64,000 nucleotides of DNA from Mobula hypostoma (Eukaryota): assembly GCF_963921235.1 (NCBI RefSeq), contig NC_086101.1:2606001-2670000 (forward strand), read 5' to 3'. Position 1 is the first letter of the stretch. Every line of letters starts with the position of its first letter. This document shows positions 52,601 to 64,000 of this stretch, piece by piece. The position numbers and the translations under genes were made by a program. The notes under the pieces were generated by a model. It saw nothing but the letters and a program-made list of their open reading frames with translations. It did no database searches and had not been told where the DNA came from.

Positions 52601-53496
52601 TCCACTGCTAATGTGCCGAGCCCCACGAAACGCCTTTTTTAAAACGACTCTTCTCCCAGACCTGTGTGAAACTCTCTCTCTTTTCGAATAGGTTGGTCCG
52701 CCGCTACTCTCATGGAGGAGCCTGTTTGTTTGAGGTAGATTTTAAGCGACACATGGAAGGTGGTGTGTGCTTTCCTGCAGACCGAGGGTCCAGCACACGA
52801 GTTAAAGACAACTTCAAGATGAGCTCCAACTTATGTGCACATTTGGACGGGTTGAACTATAATGGGCCCTTTTTATTTCTTACCTTTTCTTCTTCCTACT
52901 AACTGTTCGATAAAGCCGACATTTGTAAATATACTTTCTTTATAATTGTAGGCAGTGTGCAATGTTATTTCTTGCCAACGGCTAATTGCGGGGGGGGGGG
53001 GCAGTATTCACACAGATCGGGGTTCGGGTGGTCAACATATCCCAGCTTCCCAGTTTTGGCGGGACCAAAGTCATTCCAACCCAATTGAGAAAGGGTTTCT
53101 TACCACTGAGTCCAGCAGCTGTTCGCGAGGGGCTAACGAGCCACATCTCTAAAGACACCCGGTGAAAAGGGGTTTCATGTACATGTGACGAGTCAATCTG
53201 ACTGAATCTCAACCCCAAACCCCACCATTTATTTATTTAGAGATACAGCACAGAGCAGGCCTCTTGGCCCACCGAGCCATGCCGCCCCAGCAACTTATTA
53301 ACTCTAGTCTAATCACAGGACAATTTATAATGACCGATTAACCTACTAACCGGTACATCTTTGGACTGTGGGAGGAAACTGGAGCACCAGGAGGAAATCT
53401 ATGCACACGCAGGGAGAAATGTACAACCTTGCTTACAGACAATGCTGGAATTGAACTCCGAGCTGTAATAGCATCACGCCAACCACTACTCTTCAT

Positions 53497-54300
53497 AGAA
53501 CATAGAACAGTTCAGCACAGTACAGGCCCTTCGGCCCACAATGTTGTGCTGACCCTCAAACCCTGCCTCCCATATAACCCCCCCACCTTAAATTCCTCCA
53601 TATACCTGTCCAATAGTCTTTTAAATTTCACTAGTGTATCTGCCTCCACCACTGACTCAGGCAGTGCATTCCATGCACCAACCACTCTCTGAGTAAAAAC
53701 CTTCCTCTAATATCCCCCTTGAACTTCCCACCCCTTACCTTAAAGCCATGTCCTCTTGTATTGAGCAGTGGTGCCCTGGGGAAGAGGCGCTGGCTATCCA
53801 CTCTATCTATTCCTCTTATTATCTTGTACACCTCTATCATGTCTCTTCCCATCCTCCTTCTCTCCAAAGAGTAAAGCCCTAGCTCCCTTAATCTCTGATC
53901 AAAATCCATACTCTCCAAACCAGGCAGCATCCTGGTAAATCTCCTCTGTACCCTTTCCAATGCTTCCACATCCTTCCCATAGTGAGGCGACCAGAACTGG
54001 ACACAGTACTCCAAGTGTGGCCTAACCAGAGTTTTATAGAGCTGCATCATTACCTCGCGACTCTTAAACTCTATCCCTCGACTTATGAAAGCTAACACCC
54101 CATAAGCTTTCTTAACTACCCTATCCACCTGTGAGGCAACTTTCAGGGATCTGTGGACATGTACCCCCAGATCCCTCTGCTCCTCCACACTACCAAGTAT
54201 CCTGCCATTTACTTTGTACTCTGCCTTGGAGTTTGTCCTTCCAAAGTGTCCCACCTCACACTTCTCCAGGTTGAACTCCATCTGCCACTTCTCAGCCCAT
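53497..54300 (-). mobile_element. Young 5'-truncated CR1 (ORF2 C-terminus plus tail)
   Basis: 216-aa ORF MEFNLEKCEV...RPHLEYCVQFWSP...; near-identical to 59815-60610. Confidence 0.95.
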
Positions 54301-54601
54301 GACAGAGCAGACAGCCTGCCCTTTCCTCGCAGTATGCAAATAGGTAATGTGAGGGGCTGCTAACAGGACTGATGAAGATGGACACAGGACATTGTGCAGA
54401 TCCTGGAAATCCGAAGCAACACACACAAGATGCTGGAGAAACTCAGCAGCTCAGGGAGTATCCGTGCAGAGTCAACATTTTGGGCTGAGACCCTTGTTGG
54501 TGAAGATGGTACCAGATGCCCAGCATAGATAAGATGGGCCAAGGGCCTGGTCCTGTGCAATGTCATCGCCGAGGGGGCTGCGGGCTGAATCACTACTCAT
54601 A

Positions 54602-54961
54602 CAGTGGATTTCCGTTAATTGGGACACATCACCACCAGTACATTTTGGCCCAATTAAATGGCTGTCCCAATTAGCTTCTGTTTCGTGGAAATAGTTAAAA
54701 AATATATAAAAAAGATAGACAGGCATCTGTTAGCCTCGTGAGAGCATGGATTTGCGCCTTGGAAGGTTTCCAGGGCGCAGGCCTGGGCAAGGTTGTATGG
54801 AGACCGGCAGTTGCCCATGCTGCAAGTCTCCCCTTGCGGCATAGTATCCCAGATAAACAAAGAGAATTCTGGCTATTTTCTCAATTAGATTTTGTTCTTT
54901 TAGTGTCCCAAATAAACAGCTGTCCTGATTAACAGGTGGTCTAATTGACCAGAATCTACTG
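54602..54961. mobile_element. pogo/Tigger-like MITE interrupted by a SINE-like insert (~54718-54838)
   Basis: Imperfect TIRs (ta)cagtggatttccgttaattgggac / ggtctaattgaccagaatctactg. Confidence 0.7.
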
Positions 54962-55178
54962 AAGTTAAAGTGGAGATAAATAAACATTTCACAGATCAAA
55001 CAACTGAGCACATAGAGAAACGTCAAGGACAAGGAGAATAGTCATACTTTATTGATCCCGGGGGAAATTGGTTTCAGAATGGTGCCTGCATAAATCGGCC
55101 ATGCTCGCAATGAAGACTGGGGGCACAGAGGGGTCGTGAATTGGGGTGATACCTCCCTCCAGGACAGAATCCACTCAC

Positions 55179-55259
55179 CATCTGGACGTCTTTTCCTCGC
55201 TTGTACTTCTCCAGCGCTTCGTCAGGGAGGGGAGCTGGTCCTGGGAAGGGGTCCTTCCG
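55179..55259 (-). CDS. WDR46: WDR46 visible exon 2, RKDPFPGPAPLPDEALEKYKRGKDVQM
   Basis: ctgcag|cgg ... atg|gtgagt, 81 nt. DPFPGPAP motif as in vertebrate WDR46. Confidence 0.95.
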
Positions 55260-56037
55260 CTGCAGACAGGGGATATGATCAGCACAGACAGCCTGCCAAT
55301 GGAGTGGCCACACTGACACCCAACCCTGGCACATCCTGAGACTGGGGACACCGAGAAACCCAGAGACCTGGGGGCGGGGTGTGTAACATGGGGAAAACCA
55401 CATACACAAAGGAACACCCAGACTCAATACCCCCTTCCCTCCCTGTCCCCCATTCTGGTCCCTCCATCACTCCCTCCCTCCATTCATAGCCCCTTTCTCC
55501 CTCCATATCCGCTCCAGTCCACCCCCACTCCCTCCCTACATTCATATCCCCTCCCTGACCAAACCTCCCTCTCTCCGTTCACATCCCCTCCCTGTCCACC
55601 CCACCCTCCCTCCACATCCACCCTCCCGGTCCCCCCTGATATCTTTATTTATTTCAGATACATCGCGGAGCAAGCTCTTCTCGCTCTTTGAGCCTGCCAC
55701 CCAACAACCCAAATTAGCCGTTCGCCTAATCATGGGACAATTTGCGACGACCAGTTAACTGACTGGTGTCTTTGGACCGTGTGAGGAAACTGGAACACCC
55801 AGAGGAAACTCAGGTGGTGGCAGGAAGGACATGTGAGCTGGTGTCAGCTGAATTCTGATGCCCTGAGCTGTCATGGCGTGCAGACTCACTCTCCTCCTCA
55901 CCATACTGGTACTCGGAGGGCACACACAGCCCGAGACCAGAAACACCCCCATCGGTCCTGTGACCCAGCTCCCTCCCCACTGGCAGTGCCGTACGCGGCT
56001 TCTCCCTCACCCGAGCCCGAGCCCAGCGAGCACTCAC

Positions 56038-56193
56038 CCCGGACATCGCTGATCTGCCGTGACTCGGTCTTCTCCAGGGGTTGTGTGATTTGCTGTTGGC
56101 AGGTTTACGGACCGCCGCCTTTCCTCGGACTCTCTTAGCGGGGGAGACCTCCGTCCCTGCCCCCTCCTCGGCCTCCCAGTACCGCTTCCTCTG
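56038..56193 (-). CDS. WDR46: WDR46 visible coding exon 1 of 15 (probably true exon 2), QRKRYWEAEEG...RSAMSG
   Basis: Acceptor ttccag|cag, donor ggg|gtgagt, 156 nt, phase 0/0. KRYWE and the terminal SG match the WDR46 N-terminal region (human RRYWEEE...GLSG). Confidence 0.85.
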
Positions 56194-56794
56194 CTGGAAT
56201 GTAACAGGACAGGGTCAGCGGTGTCCCCTCGACCGTAAATCCTGCCGGTGGTGGAGAGCGAACACTCACCCACACCACCCCCCCTCCCCAGTGCATCAGG
56301 AACCTCCCGACTGAAGTCTTTCACTGCGCGAGGGGGTAAAAGTGGCAGGTGGGGTCGTGTGGTGTCACACACATCCCGGGGGTGGGGGGACAGGGACAAA
56401 AAGAACGATGAGGGGAAGGGATGGTGAGAATGGGGGGGGGGTGGTGGTGAGGCGGACAGAAGCCATTCAGGGAAAAGGATTGGGGTTAAGATTTCTGTGA
56501 CCACAACCACCCCCCCCCCCGCCGCCAAACACACACCAATCGTCAGCTTCTCTCTACCCTGGAATCACACCCTCCCATGCTCAAGATTCAAGATGGCTTC
56601 GTGTCATTTCCAATGCACAAGAGTGAAGGAGAATGAAGCCATTGTTACTCCAAACAAAACCCAGTAAGATAGGGAACACAATAATTAAAAAAACACCATG
56701 AATACATAAGATAGCTGATATACACAGATTGATTGTATGCCCATAAAGTGACATTAGGCACAGGAGGACACAAGGTGACTGTCAGGAAATGATA

Positions 56795-59612
56795 AAGTCC
56801 GACTATAAGATATAGGAGCAAAGGTAGGCCATTTGGCCCATCCAGTCTGCTCATTGGATCATGGGCTGACCCAATTCTTCCAGTCATCCCCACTCCCCTG
56901 CCTTCTCCCAATACCCTTTGATGCCCTGGCTAATCAGGAACCTATCTATCTCTGCCTTAAATACACCCAATGACTTGGCCTCCACAGCCGCTCATGGCAA
57001 CAAACTCCACAGATTTACCACCCTCTGACTAAAGTTATTTCTCTTCATCTCTGTTCTAAATGGACGTCCTTCAATTCTGAGGTCATGCCCTCTTGTCCCA
57101 GAATCCCCTACCATGGGAAATAACTTGGAATGTTTCTGGAATGTTTCTGTGAAATCCCCCTCATTCTCCTGAACTCCAGGGAATACAGCCCAAGAGCTGC
57201 CAGACATTCCTCATACAGTAACCCTTTCATTCCTGGAATCATTCTTGTGAATCTTCTCTGAACCCTCTCCAATGTCAGTATATCCTTTCTAAAATAAGGA
57301 GCCCAAAACTGCATACAATACTCCAAGTGTGGTCTCACGAGTGCCTTATAGAGCCTCAACATCACATTCCTGCTCTTCTATTCTATACCTCTAGAAATGA
57401 ATGCCAACATTGCATTTGCCTTCTTCACCACCAACTCAGCCTGGAGGTTAACCTTTAGGGTATCCTGCACAAGGACTCTCAAGTCTGTTTGCATCTCTGC
57501 ATTTTGAATTCTCTCCCCATCTAAATAATCATCTGCCTGTTTATTTCTTCCACCAGAGTGCATGACCATACACTTTCCTACATTGTATTTCATTTGCCAC
57601 TTCTTTGCCCATTCCCCTAAACTATCTAAGTCTCTCTGCAGGCTCTGTTTCCTCAACACTATCTGCTCCTCCACCTATCTTTGCATTATCAGCATATTTA
57701 GCCACAAATCCATTAATACCGCAGTCTAAATCATAAAAAGCAGTATTCCAAAACCAGCCCCTGTGGAACTCCACTGGTAACCAGCCGCCAGCCAGAAAAG
57801 GTTCCCTTTATTCCCACTCTCTGTTTTCTGCCAATCAGCCAATGCTCCACCCAGGCTAGTAACTTCCCTGGAATTCCATGGGCTCTTATCTTGCTAAGCA
57901 GCCTCATGTGTGGCACCTTGTCAAAGGCCTTCTGAAAATCCAAGTACACCACATCTACTGCCTCGTCTTTGTCTACCCTGCTTGTAATTTCCTCAAACAA
58001 TTGCAGTAGGTTAGTCAGACAGGATTTTCCTTTCAGAAAACCATGCTGGCTTTGGCCTATCTTTTCATGTGCCTCCAGGTATTCCGTAATCTCATCCTAA
58101 CAATTGATTCCAACAACTTCCCAACCACTGATGTCAGGCTAAACAGGTCTATAGTTTCCTTTCTGCTGACTCCCACCCTTCTTAAATAGCAGAGTAACAT
58201 TTGCAATTTTCTAGTCATCTGGTACAATGCTCGATCGATTCTTAAAAGATCATTATTGATGCCTCCGCAATCTCTCCAAGCTACTTCCTTCAGAACCCAG
58301 GGTACATTCCATCAGGTCCAGGAGATTTATCCACCTTCAGACCATTAAACTTCCTGAGCACTTTCTCAGTCATAATTTTCACTATACATACTTCACTTCT
58401 CTGACACCTTTGAACGTCAGTATACCATAGACGTCTTCCACTGTGAAGACTGATGCAAAATACACATTCAGTTCCTCTGCCATCTCTGCATCTCTCATTA
58501 CAATATGTCCAGCGTCATTTTGTATTGGTCCTATATCTACCCTCAACTCTTTTACCCTTTATATACTTAAAAAAGCTTTTAGTATCTTTTTTGATATTAG
58601 CTGCCAGCTTCCTTCCATAAATCATCTTTTCTTTCCTAATGACCTTCTTAGTTTCCTTCTGCAAGTTTTTAAAAGCTTCAGAATCCTCTATCTTCCCACT
58701 AGCTCTGTCTTCCTTGTCTTTTCCTCTCTTTTGCTTTTACTTCGGCTCTGACTTCACTTGTCAGCCACGTCCTTCCTTCTTTCAAAAAATTATTATTTGG
58801 AATGTATGTGTCTTGCACTTCCCTCATTTTTCGCAGAAACTCCAGCCATTGCTGCTTTGCTGTCCTTCCTGCTAGTGTCCCTTTCCAGTCAACTTTGGCT
58901 GAAAGTTCCCCTCTCATGCCATTGTAATTTCCTTTATTGCACTGAAATACCTACACATTGGAATTTAGTTTCTCCTTAAATTTCAATGTGAACTCAATCA
59001 TATTGTGGTCACTGTTCCCTCAGGGTTCCTTAACCCTAAACTCTCTTATCACCTCCAGATCATTGCACAACACCTAATCCAGCACAGCCGATCCCCTAGT
59101 GGGCTCAACAACAAGCTGTTCTAAAAAGCCATCCCTTAGATATTCTACAAATTCTCTCTCTTGAGGTCCAGTACTGGCTTGGTTTTCCCAATCCACTTTC
59201 ATGTTAAAATCCCCAATAGTTATCATGACATTGCCCTTCTGACACGCGTTTTCTATCTCCTGTTGTAATTTGTAATCCACATCCCAGCTGCTGTTTGGAG
59301 GCCTGTATACAACTGCCATTAGGGTCCTTTTACCGTTTCTTAACTCGATCCACCGAGACTCTACACCTTCCAGTCCTATGTAATCCCTCTCTAATAATTC
59401 AAACTCGAGGAATTCTGCAGATGCTGGAATTTCAAGCAACACACATCAAAGTTGCTGGTGAACGCAGCAGGCCAGGCAGCATCTCTAGGAAGAGGTACAG
59501 TCGACCCGTTCTTACTAGCTGTTCCTTCAGTTAGTCCTAATAATTCAACATTACTTCTTATACACAGCACTTCACCACTCCCTCTGTCTACTAACCTATC
59601 TTTCCAATACAC
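56795..59612 (-). mobile_element. Decayed CR1 ORF2 (APE-RT) plus tail
   Basis: VVYRPPN, IGDFN, YLDFQKAFDKVPH, SGVPQG, RPHLEYC. Confidence 0.93.
59403..59536. mobile_element. Tiny rearranged Penelope pLTR insertion
   Basis: 12-bp duplication ctaataattcaa at 59391-59402 and 59537-59548; content matches 637-662 (forward) and 688-757 (reverse). Confidence 0.8.
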
Positions 59613-59814
59613 CGTAAAGTGGTGGTTGGGGGTGTAGAGGTGTTGATCAGCCTTACTGCCTGGGGAAAGTACCTGTTCTTGTGTCTGGTGGTCCTACTGT
59701 GGGTGCTACGTAGCCTCCTCCCTGATGGGAGTGGGACAAACAGTCCATGATCAGGGTGGGTGGGATATTTCATGATGTTGCTGGTCTTTTTCTGGCACCT
59801 TGATGTATATCAAC

Positions 59815-61050
59815 ATAGAACATAGAATAGTACAGCACAGTACAGGTCCTTCAGCCCATATTGTTGTGCTGACCCTTAAACCCTCCCTCCCATATAACCC
59901 CCCACCTTAAATTCCTCCATATACTTGTCTAGTAGTCTCTTAAACTTCACTAGTGTATCTGCCTCCACCACTGACTCAGGCAGTACATTCCATGCACCAA
60001 CCACTCTCTGAGTAAAAAACCTTCCTCTAATATCCCCTTTGAACTTCCCACCCCTTACCTTAAAGCCACGTCCTCTTGTATTGAGCAGTTGTGCCCTGGG
60101 GAAGAGGCGCTGGCTGTCCACTCTATCTATTCCTCTTAATATCTTGTACACCTCTATCATGTCTCCTCTCATCCTCCTTCTCTCCGAAGAGTAAAGCCCT
60201 AGCTCCCTTAATCTCTGATCATAATCCATACTCTCTAAACCAGGCAGCATCCTGGTAAATCTCCTCTGTACCCTTTCCAATGCTTCCACATCTTTCCTAT
60301 AGTGAGGTGACCAGAACTAGACACAGTACTCCAAGAGCGGCCTAACCAGACTTTTATAGAGCTGCATCATTACCCCGTGACTATTAAACTCTATCCCTCA
60401 ACTTATGAAAGCTAACATAAGTTTTAACTACCCTAACTACCTGTGAGGCAACTTTCAGGGATCTGTGGACATGTACCCCGAGATCCCTCTGCTCCTCCAC
60501 ACTACCAAGTATCCTGCCATTTACTTTGTACTCTGCCTTGGAGTTTGTCCTTCCAAAGTGTACCACCTCACACTTCTCCTGGTTGAACTCCATCTGCCAC
60601 TTCTCAGCCCACTTCTGCATCCTATCAATGTCTCTCTGCAATCTTTGACAATCCTCTACACTATCGACAACACCACCAACCTTTGTGTCGTCTGCAAACT
60701 TGCCAACCCACCCTTCTACCCCCACATCCAGGTAGTTAATAAAAATCACAAAAAGTAGAGGTCCCAGAACAGATCCTTGTGGGACACCACTAGTCACAAT
60801 CCTCCAATCCTAATGTACTCCCTCCACCACAACCCTCTCCTTTCTGCAGGCAAGCCAATTCTGAATCCACCCGGCCAAACTTCCCTGGATCCCATGCCTT
60901 CTGACTTTCTGAATAAGCCTACCGTGTGGCACCTTGTCAAATGCCTTACTAAAATCCATATAGATCACATCCACTGCACTACCCTCATCTATATGCCTGG
61001 TCACCTCCTCAGAGAACTCTGTCAGGCTTGTTAGACACGATCTGCCCTTC
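59815..61050 (-). mobile_element. Young 5'-truncated CR1 RT
   Basis: YMDFSKAFDKVPH, GVPQGSVLGPLLF, KFADDTK. Confidence 0.95.
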
Positions 61051-62885
61051 AAGTCTGTATATACCTAAGTCTGTACTAAAAAAAAGGTATGACTTACGGA
61101 GGGCTACTTCAAGGGCAAAGAGACAATTTCGAACAAGTTGGAGATGACATTGAATGCACAACTCTGGCAGGATTAGTTAGGGTTAGACAAGACATTAGTT
61201 CCTAAAAAGTGAAACCCAATAGCATGAATGACAGCGATGCTTCACTACCAGATGAACTCAATGCCTTCTATGCCTGGTTTGAAAGGGATAATATAATTAC
61301 AACCGTGAAGATCCCTGCTGCATCCGGTGCCCCTGTGATCTCTGTCTCGGAGGCTGATGTTAGGCTGTCTTTAAAGAAGGTGAACCCCTGCAAGGCTGAA
61401 GGTCCTAACAAGAGTACCTGGTAAGGCTTTGAAAACTTGTGCCAACTGACTGGCGGAAGTATTCGAGGACATTTTTAACCTCTGCTATGGGCAGAAGTTC
61501 CCACTTGCTTCAAATAGGCAACAATTATACCAGTGCCTGAGAAGAATAACGTGATTGCCCGGTAGCACTCACATCGACAGTGATGAAATGCTTTGAGAGG
61601 TTGGTTATGATTAGACTGAACTCCTGCCTCAGCAAGGACCTGAACCCATTGCAATTTGCCTGTCGCCACAATAGGCCAATGGCAACACAATCTCAATGTC
61701 TCTCCACACAGCTTTAAACCACCTGGACAACACAAACACCTACGTCAGGATGCTGTTCATCGACAATAGCTCAGCATTTAACACCATTATCCGACAATCC
61801 TGACCAATAAGTTATAGAAGCTGGGCCTCTGTACCTCCCTCTGCAATTGGATCCTTGACGTCCTAACTGGAAGACCACAATCTGTGCTGATTGGTGATAA
61901 CATCTCCTCACTGACAATCAACAATGGCGCACCTCAGGGGCGTGTGCTTGGCCCACTACTCTATCTTTATATACCCATGACTGTGTGGCTAGACATAGCT
62001 CAAATGCCATCTATAAACTTGCTGACAATACAACCATTGTTAGTAGAATCTCAGATGGAGATGAGAGGGCATACAGGAGCGAGATATGCCAACTAGTGGA
62101 GTGGTGCTGCAGCAACAACTTGGCACTCAACGTCAGTAAGACGATAGAGCTGATTGTGGACTTCAGGAAGGGTAAGATGAAGGAACACATACCAATCCTC
62201 ATAGAGAGATCAGAAGGGGAGAGAGAGAGCAGTTTCAAGTTCCTGGGTGTCAAGATCTCTGAGGATCTAAGCTGGTCCCAACATATTGATGTAGTCATAA
62301 AAAAGGCAAGACAGCGGCTATACTTCATTAGGAGTTGGAAGAGATTTGACATGTCAACAAATACACTCAAGAACTTCTATAGATGTACCATGGAGAGCAT
62401 CCTGACAGGCTGCATCACTGTCTGGTATGGAGGGGCTACTGCACAGGACCGAAAGAAGCTGCAGAGGGTTGTAAGTCTAGTCAGCTCCATCTTGGGCACT
62501 AGCCTACAAAGTACCCAGGACATCTTCAGGGAGCGGTGTCTGAGAAAGGCAGCGTCCATTATTAAGGACCTCCAGCACCCAGGGCATGGCCTTTTCTCAC
62601 TGTTACCATCAGGGAGGAGATACAGAAGCCTGAAGGCACACACTCAGCGATTCAGGAACAGCTTCTTCCCCTCTGCCATCCGATTCCTAAATGGACATTG
62701 AACCTGGGAACACTACCTCACTTTTATAATCCATATTATTTCTGTTTTTGCATGATTTTAATCTATTCAATATACTGTAAATGATTTACTTATTATTTTT
62801 CTTCTTCTATCTGTTGTATTGAACGAGTGCTGCTGCTAAGTTATCAAATTTCACGACATGCTGGTGATGACAAACCTGATTTTGT
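61051..62885 (+). mobile_element. Rex1/Babar LINE, decayed RT plus tail
   Basis: [65 protein letters not shown]. Confidence 0.9.
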
Positions 62886-63484
62886 TCTGTCCTTAGGGGC
62901 AGGTGGGTTGTTACAAGACAAAGATGTGTTGAACAGTTTCTAGCTACCTGCTGTGGAGCCACTGTGCAGCTTCTGTACCATGCAGTGATGCAGCTTGTGC
63001 CTGGCACAAGGTCTGGAGTTCCTCCACCTGGTAGGACACCTCACCATTGCTGGTGACGAGCCACAAGACTATCATTGTTTCTCTCCCTCCACCACCTCTC
63101 CAACTCCTTAAATCCATCTTCTACTCCTACTTCCTCCTCACCACCACATAGCTCTCCCTGGGTCCACCCTAACCCTGCCCCCCCCCCCACTGTCCTACCT
63201 CTCCTCCTTCCTCTCTCCAATTCCATACCCCTTCCTCTCTCTCCATCCCACTCCCCTTCACTGCCCTACCTCACTACCCCACCTTCTTACCCACTCTCTC
63301 CTCAAATCCCTACTCACCTCTCTCTCTGCCCTACGTCATTATCCCACCTCCCTACTCCCTCGCTTTCAACCCCCAACCCCACCTTCCTTCACTGCTCTAT
63401 CTCCGTTCCCTCTCTTCCTCGATTCCCCCACGCCAGCTCTCTCCACTGTCCTACCTCCGTATCCTCTCTCCTTCGATTCCCCTA

Positions 63485-63912
63485 CCCCACCTCCCTCCAC
63501 TTCCCTATCTCACACTACCCCACCTCCCTCCACTGCCTTACCTCACACTACCCCACCTCCCTCCACTTCCCTACCTCACACTACCCCACCTCCCTCCACT
63601 TCCCTACCTCACACTACCCCACCTCCCTCCACTTCCCTACCTCACACTACCCCACCTCCCTCCACTTCCCTACCTCACACTACCCCTCCCTCCACTTCCC
63701 TACCTCACACTACCCCACCTCCCTCCACTTCCCTATCTCACACTACCCCACCTCCCTCCACTGCCTTACCTCACACTACCCCACCTCCCTCCACTTCCCT
63801 ACCTCACACTACCCCACCTCCCTCCACTTCCCTACCTCACACTACCCCACCTCCCTACCTCACACTACCCCACCTCCCTCCACTTCCCTACCTCACACTA
63901 CCCCACCTCCCT
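63485..63912. repeat. 33-bp C-rich minisatellite, ~12 copies, within a longer pyrimidine-rich tract from ~63080
   Basis: Unit cacactaccccacctccctccacttccctacct. Confidence 0.93.
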
Positions 63913-64000
63913 CTCCCATCTTTCTTTCTTCGCCCCTTCCCTACAAAACTTCTCTAACCCGTGTCTCGCTCGGCTCCCCTCTGCCCTTTCTCCCTGTTCG

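Noticed and set aside
63041..63226. Candidate WDR46 first exon (…caatg|gtgagg near 63045)
   Set aside because: Low-complexity purine-rich sequence with no WDR46-like peptide and no CpG-island context.

Overview
This is eukaryotic (vertebrate) genomic DNA, not prokaryotic. The repeat landscape (CR1 with SGNH-esterase ORF1, Penelope-like elements, Rex1/Babar, Vingi-like LINE, tRNA-derived SINEs, hAT and pogo MITEs) suggests a cartilaginous fish, probably a ray; this is an inference. The window holds most of one gene, WDR46 (BING4/UTP7 orthologue, SSU processome WD40 protein), on the minus strand. I traced 15 coding exons from 56193 down to the TAG at 1308-1310, all with GT-AG junctions and consistent phases (1710 nt, 569 aa plus stop). 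The start-codon exon was not confidently found. Introns are filled with decayed, often nested transposons and several exon-adjacent minisatellites, including a ~14.3 kb array of 37/38-bp units. Nearly all long ORFs in the supplied track are TE remnants or repeat artefacts. I found no new protein-coding system. The most interesting signals are at RNA level: Penelope-borne minimal hammerhead ribozymes (one with an intact core in pre-mRNA sense), an inverted CR1 pair around two exons, a tandem B-box array, and a giant array of donor-like motifs.
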